64,000 nt of DNA, from NCBI GenBank assembly GCA_964016885.1, contig OZ024763.1:22816001-22880000 (forward strand), in the 5' to 3' direction. A program made the position numbers and the translations under genes. Each line of letters starts with the position of its first letter. Within the stretch, counting starts at the first letter, position 1. Origin of the DNA: Eledone cirrhosa. Taxonomy: Eukaryota. This document shows positions 57,101 to 64,000 of the stretch, in pieces. The notes under the pieces are model-generated. The model ran no database searches, was not told the origin of the DNA, and was given only the letters and a program-made list of their open reading frames with translations.

Positions 57101-60100
57101 ACTTTCCCCTTCCACCAAACTACTGGCCTAATACACTGGGGTAGACTTAATCCACTTTCCTCTTCCATCAAACTACTGGCCTAATACACTGGGGTAGACT
57201 TAATCCACTTTCACCTTACACCAAACTACTGGCCTAATACACTGGGGTAGACTTAATCCACTTTCCCCTTCCACCAAACTACTGGCCTAATACACTGGGG
57301 TAGACTTAATCCACTTTCCTCTTCCACCAAACTACTGGCCTAATACACTGGGGTAGACTTAATCCACTTTCCCCTTCCACCAAACTACTGGCCTAATACA
57401 CTGGGGTAGACTTAATCCACTTTCCTCCTCCACCAAACTACTGGCCTAATACACTGGGGTAGACTTAATCCACTTTTCCCTTCCACCAAACTACTGGCCT
57501 AATACACTGGGGTAGACTTAATCCACTTTCCTCCTCCACCAAACTACTGGCCTAATACACTGGGGTAGACTTAATCCACTTTCCCCTTCCACCAAACTAC
57601 TGGCCTAATACACTGGGGTAGACTTAATCCACTTTCCTCCTCCACCAAACTACTGGCCTAATACACTGGGGTAGACTTAATCCACTTTCCCCTTCCACCA
57701 AACTACTGGCCTAATACACTGGGGTAGACTTAATCCACTTTCCTCCTCCACCAAACTACTGGCCTAATACACTGGGGTAGACTTAATCCACTTTCCCCTT
57801 CCACCAAACTACTGGCCTAATACACTGGGGTAGACTTAATCCACTTTCCCCTTCCACCAAACTACTGGCCTAATACACTGGGGTAGACTTAATCCACTTT
57901 CCCCTTCCACCAAACTACTGGCCTAATACACTGGGGTAGACTTAATCCACTTTCCTCCTCCACCAAACTACTGGCCTAATACACTGGGGTAGACTTAATC
58001 CACTTTCCTCTTCCATCAAACTACTGGCCTAATACACTGGGGTAGACTTAATCCACTTTCCCCTTCCACCAAACTACTGGCCTAATACACTGGGGTAGAC
58101 TTAATCCACTTTCCCCTTCCACCAAACTACTGGCCTAATACACTGGGGTAGACTTAATCCACTTTCCTCTTCCACCAAACTACTGGCCTAATACACTGGG
58201 GTAGACTTAATCCACTTTCCTCTTCCACCAAACTACTGGCCTAATACACTGGGGTAGACTTAATCCACTTTCACCTTACACCAAACTACTGGCCTAATAC
58301 ACTGGGGTAGACTTAATCCACTTTCCCCTTCCACCAAACTACTGGCCTAATACACTGGGGTAGACTTAATCCACTTTCCTCTTCCACCAAACTACTGGCC
58401 TAATACACTGGGGTAGACTTAATCCACTTTCACCTTACACCAAACTACTGGCCTAATACACTGGGGTAGACTTAATCCACTTTCCCCTTCCACCAAACTA
58501 CTGGCCTAATACACTGGGGTAGACTTAATCCACTTTCCCCTTCCACCAAACTACTGGCCTAATACACTGGGGTAGACTTAATCCACTTTCCTCTTCCATC
58601 AAACTACTGGCCTAATACACTGGGGTAGACTTAATCCACTTTCACCTTACACCAAACTACTGGCCTAATACACTGGGGTAGACTTAATCCACTTTCCCCT
58701 TCCACCAAACTACTGGCCTAATACACTGGGGTAGACTTAATCCACTTTCCTCTTCCACCAAACTACTGGCCTAATACACTGGGGTAGACTTAATCCACTT
58801 TCCCCTTCCACCAAACTACTGGCCTAATACACTGGGGTAGACTTAATCCACTTTCCTCTTCCATCAAACTACTGGCCTAATACACTGGGGTAGACTTAAT
58901 CCACTTTCCCCTTCCACCAAACTACTGGCCTAATACACTGGGGTAGACTTAATCCACTTTCCCCTTCCACCAAACTACTGGCCTAATACACTGGGGTAGA
59001 CTTAATCCACTTTCCCCTTCCACCAAACTACTGGCCTAATACACTGGGGTAGACTTAATCCACTTTCACCTTACACCAAACTACTGGCCTAATACACTGG
59101 GGTAGACTTAATCCACTTTCCCCTTCCACCAAGTTACTGGCCTAATACACTGGGGTAGACTTAATCCACTTTCACCTTACACCAAACTACTGGCCTAATA
59201 CACTGGGGTAGACTTAATCCACTTTCCCCTTCCACCAAACTACTGGCCTAATACACTGGGGTAGACTTAATCCACTTTCACCTTACACCAAACTACTGGC
59301 CTAATACACTGGGGTAGACTTAATCCACTTTCCCCTTCCACCAAACTACTGGCCTAATACACTGGGGTAGACTTAATCCACTTTCACCTTACACCAAACT
59401 ACTGGCCTAATACACTGGGGTAGACTTAATCCACTTTCCCCTTCCACCAAACTACTGGCCTAATACACTGGGGTAGACTTAATCCACTTTCCCCTTCCAC
59501 CAAACTACTGGCCTAATACACTGGGGTAGACTTAATCCACTTTCCCCTTCCACCAAACTACTGGCCTAATACACTGGGGTAGACTTAATCCACTTTCCCC
59601 TTCCACCAAACTACTGGCCTAATACACTGGGGTAGACTTAATCCACTTTCCCCTTCCACCAAGTTACTGGCCTAATACACTGGGGTAGACTTAATCCACT
59701 TTCCCCTTCCACCAAACTACTGGCCTAATACACTGGGGTAGACTTAATCCACTTTCCCCTTCCACCAAACTACTGGCCTAATACACTGGGGTAGACTTAA
59801 TCCACTTTCCCCTTCCACCAAACTACTGGCCTAATACACTGGGGTAGACTTAATCCACTTTCCCCTTCCACCAAACTACTGGCCTAATACACTGGGGTAG
59901 ACTTAATCCACTTTCCCCTTCCACCAAACTACTGGCCTAATACACTGGGGTAGACTTAATCCACTTTCCCCTTCCACCAAGTTACTGGCCTAATACACTG
60001 GGGTAGACTTAATCCACTTTCACCTTACACCAAACTACTGGCCTAATACACTGGGGTAGACTTAATCCACTTTCACCTTACACCAAGTTACTGGCCTAAT

Positions 60101-63100
60101 ACACTGGGGTAGACTTAATCCACTTTCACCTTCCACCAAGTTACTGGCCTAATACACTGGGGTAGACTTAATCCACTTTCACCTTACACCAAACTACTGG
60201 CCTAATACACTGGGGTAGACTTAATCCACTTTCCCCTTCCACCAAACTACTGGCCTAATACACTGGGGTAGACTTAATCCACTTTCCCCTTCCACCAAAC
60301 TACTGGCCTAATACACTGGGGTAGACTTAATCCACTTTCCCCTTCCACCAAACTACTGGCCTAATACACTGGGGTAGACTTAATCCACTTTCCCCTTCCA
60401 CCAAACTACTGGCCTAATACACTGGGGTAGACTTAATCCACTTTCCCCTTCCACCAAACTACTGGCCTAATACACTGGGGTAGACTTAATCCACTTTCCC
60501 CTTCCACCAAACTACTGGCCTAATACACTGGGGTAGACTTAATCCACTTTCCCCTTCCACCAAACTACTGGCCTAATACACTGGGGTAGACTTAATCCAC
60601 TTTCCCCTTCCACCAAACTACTGGCCTAATACACTGGGGTAGACTTAATCCACTTTCCCCTTCCACCAAGTTACTGGCCTAATACACTGGGGTAGACTTA
60701 ATCCACTTTCACCTTACACCAAACTACTGGCCTAATACACTGGGGTAGACTTAATCCACTTTCCCCTTCCACCAAGTTACTGGCCTAATACACTGGGGTA
60801 GACTTAATCCACTTTCACCTTACACCAAACTACTGGCCTAATACACTGGGGTAGACTTAATCCACTTTCACCTTACACCAAACTACTGGCCTAATACACT
60901 GGGGTAGACTTAATCCACTTTCCCCTTCCACCAAACTACTGGCCTAATACACTGGGGTAGACTTAATCCACTTTCCCCTTCCACCAAACTACTGGCCTAA
61001 TACACTGGGGTAGACTTAATCCACTTTCCCCTTCCACCAAACTACTGGCCTAATACACTGGGGTAGACTTAATCCACTTTCCCCCTTCCACCAAACTACT
61101 GGCCTAATACACTGGGGTAGACTTAATCCACTTTCCCCTTCCACCAAACTACTGGCCTAATACACTGGGGTAGACTTAATCCACTTTCCCCTTCCACCAA
61201 ACTACTGGGCCTAATACACTGGGGTAGACTTAATCCACTTTCCCCTTCCACCAAACTACTGGCCTAATACACTGGGGTAGACTTAATCCACTTTCCCCTT
61301 CCACCAAACTACTGGCCTAATACACTGGGGTAGACTTAATCCACTTTCCTCCTCCACCAAACTACTGGCCTAATACACTGGGGTAGACTTAATCCACTTT
61401 CCCCTTCCACCAAACTACTGGCCTAATACACTGGGGTAGACTTAATCCACTTTCCCCTTCCACCAAACTACTGGCCTAATACACTGGGGTAGACTTAATC
61501 CACTTTCCCCTTCCACCAAACTACTGGCCTAATACACTGGGGTAGACTTAATCCACTTTCCCCTTCCACCAAACTACTGGCCTAATACACTGGGGTAGAC
61601 TTAATCCACTTTCCCCTTCCACCAAACTACTGGCCTAATACACTGGGGTAGACTTAATCCACTTTCCCCTTCCACCAAACTACTGGCCTAATACACTGGG
61701 GTAGACTTAATCCACTTTCCCCTTCCACCAAACTACTGGCCTAATACACTGGGGTAGACTTAATCCACTTTCCCCTTCCACCAAACTACTGGCCTAATAC
61801 ACTGGGGTAGACTTAATCCACTTTCCCCTTCCACCAAACTACTGGCCTAATACACTGGGGTAGACTTAATCCACTTTCCCCTTCCACCAAGTTACTGGCC
61901 TAATACACTGGGGTAGACTTAATCCACTTTCCCCTTCCACCAAACTACTGGCCTAATACACTGGGGTAGACTTAATCCACTTTCCCCTTTCCAACCAAAC
62001 TACTGGCCTAATACACTGGGGTAGACTTAATCCACTTTCCCCTTCCACCAAACTACTGGCCTAATACACTGGGGTAGACTTAATCCACTTTCCCCTTCCA
62101 CCAAACTACTGGCCTAATACACTGGGGTAGACTTAATCCACTTTCCCCTTCCACCAAACTACTGGCCTAATACACTGGGGTAGACTTAATCCACTTTCCC
62201 CTTCCACCAAACTACTGGCCTAATACACTGGGGTAGACTTAATCCACTTTCCCCTTCCACCAAACTACTGGCCTAATACACTGGGGTAGACTTAATCCAC
62301 TTTCCCCTTCCACCAAACTACTGGCCTAATACACTGGGGTAGACTTAATCCACTTTCCCCTTCCACCAAGTTACTGGCCTAATACACTGGGGTAGACTTA
62401 ATCCACTTTCCCCTTCCACCAAACTACTGGCCTAATACACTGGGGTAGACTTAATCCACTTTCCCCTTCCACCAAACTACTGGCCTAATACACTGGGGTA
62501 GACTTAATCCACTTTCCCCTTCCACCAAACTACTGGCCTAATACACTGGGGTAGACTTAATCCACTTTCCCCTTCCACCAAACTACTGGCCTAATACACT
62601 GGGGTAGACTTAATCCACTTTCCCCTTCCACCAAACTACTGGCCTAATACACTGGGGTAGACTTAATCCACTTTCCCCTTCCACCAAACTACTGGCCTAA
62701 TACACTGGGGTAGACTTAATCCACTTTCCCCTTCCACCAAACTACTGGCCTAATACACTGGGGTAGACTTAATCCACTTTCCCCTTCCACCAAACTACTG
62801 GCCTAATACACTGGGGTAGACTTAATCCACTTTCCCCTTCCACCAAACTACTGGCCTAATACACTGGGGTAGACTTAATCCACTTTCCCCTTCCACCAAG
62901 TTACTGGCCTAATACACTGGGGTAGACTTAATCCACTTTCCCCTTCCACCAAACTACTGGCCTAATACACTGGGGTAGACTTAATCCACTTTCCCCTTCC
63001 ACCAAGTTACTGGCCTAATACACTGGGGTAGACTTAATCCACTTTCCCCTTCCACCAAACTACTGGCCTAATACACTGGGGTAGACTTAATCCACTTTCC

Positions 63101-64000
63101 CCTTCCACCAAACTACTGGCCTAATACACTGGGGTAGACTTAATCCACTTTCCCCTTCCACCAAGTTACTGGCCTAATACACTGGGGTAGACTTAATCCA
63201 CTTTCCCCTTCCACCAAACTACTGGCCTAATACACTGGGGTAGACTTAATCCACTTTCCCCTTCCACCAAACTACTGGCCTAATACACTGGGGTAGACTT
63301 AATCCACTTTCCCCTTCCACCAAACTACTGGCCTAATACACTGGGGTAGACTTAATCCACTTTCCCCTTCCACCAAGTTACTGGCCTAATACACTGGGGT
63401 AGACTTAATCCACTTTCCCCTTCCACCAAACTACTGGCCTAATACACTGGGGTAGACTTAATCCACTTTCACCTTCCACCAAACTACTGGCCTAATACAC
63501 TGGGGTAGACTTAATCCACTTTCCCCTTCCACCAAACTACTGGCCTAATACACTGGGGTAGACTTAATCCACTTTCCCCTTCCACCAAACTACTGGCCTA
63601 ATACACTGGGGTAGACTTAATCCACTTTCCCCTTCCACCAAACTACTGGCCTAATACACTGGGGTAGACTTAATCCACTTTCCCCTTCCACCAAACTACT
63701 GGCCTAATACACTGGGGTAGACTTAATCCACTTTCCCCTTCCACCAAACTACTGGCCTAATACACTGGGGTAGACTTAATCCACTTTCCCCTTCCACCAA
63801 ACTACTGGCCTAATACACTGGGGTAGACTTAATCCACTTTCCCCTTCCACCAAACTACTGGCCTAATACACTGGGGTAGACTTAATCCACTTTCCCCTTC
63901 CACCAAACTACTGGCCTAATACACTGGGGTAGACTTAATCCACTTTCCTCTTCCACCAAACTACTGGCCTAATACACTGCGGTAGACTTAATCCACTTTC
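39110..64000. repeat. Satellite E: 53-bp unit AATACACTGGGGTAGACTTAATCCACTTTCC(T/C)CTTCCA(C/T)CAAACTACTGGCCT, about 470 units, truncated by the window end
   Basis: Units start at 39110, 39163, 39481, 58561 (39110+367x53) and 60681 (39110+407x53). Unit 470 starts at 63971 after 4 bp of cumulative insertions. Confidence 0.99.

Noticed and set aside
61081-61995. Length-variant units of satellite E (extra C at ~61081, extra G at ~61209, extra T and A at ~61990-61994)
   Set aside because: All are single-base homopolymer extensions in the most homogeneous part of the array, so long-read consensus errors are more likely than biology.
36139-64000. Telomeric repeats (TAAACCC in B/C, CCTAA in E)
   Set aside because: They occur only as single motifs per unit and never in tandem, and no (TTAGGG)n tract is present.

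Overview
This window is non-coding, animal-type repetitive DNA. I can support no protein-coding gene, rRNA, tRNA or CRISPR array, and every ORF in the track follows from repeat periodicity. From 5' to 3': (1) 1-35954 is a compound satellite of about 1,100 units, each a 19-bp core GCGA(T/C)AGGTGCACTCTGAA plus (CA)n with n about 3-15, containing multi-kb duplicated blocks. (2) About 36.0-37.5 kb holds a graded series of CA-rich minisatellites, ending in a 51-bp array. (3) 37714-38612 is an AT-rich 60/72-bp minisatellite whose last unit is split by a tRNA-type SINE with a 12-bp target-site duplication. (4) A second copy of the same SINE starts at 38979 and runs in register into a 53-bp satellite of about 470 units that continues past the window end. 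The main result is that this satellite is an amplified internal 3' segment of the SINE, still attached to its parent copy, while the neighbouring SINE copy has lost most of that segment. From memory the SINE resembles the abundant octopus (cephalopod) tRNA-derived SINEs; this assignment was not checked against a database.
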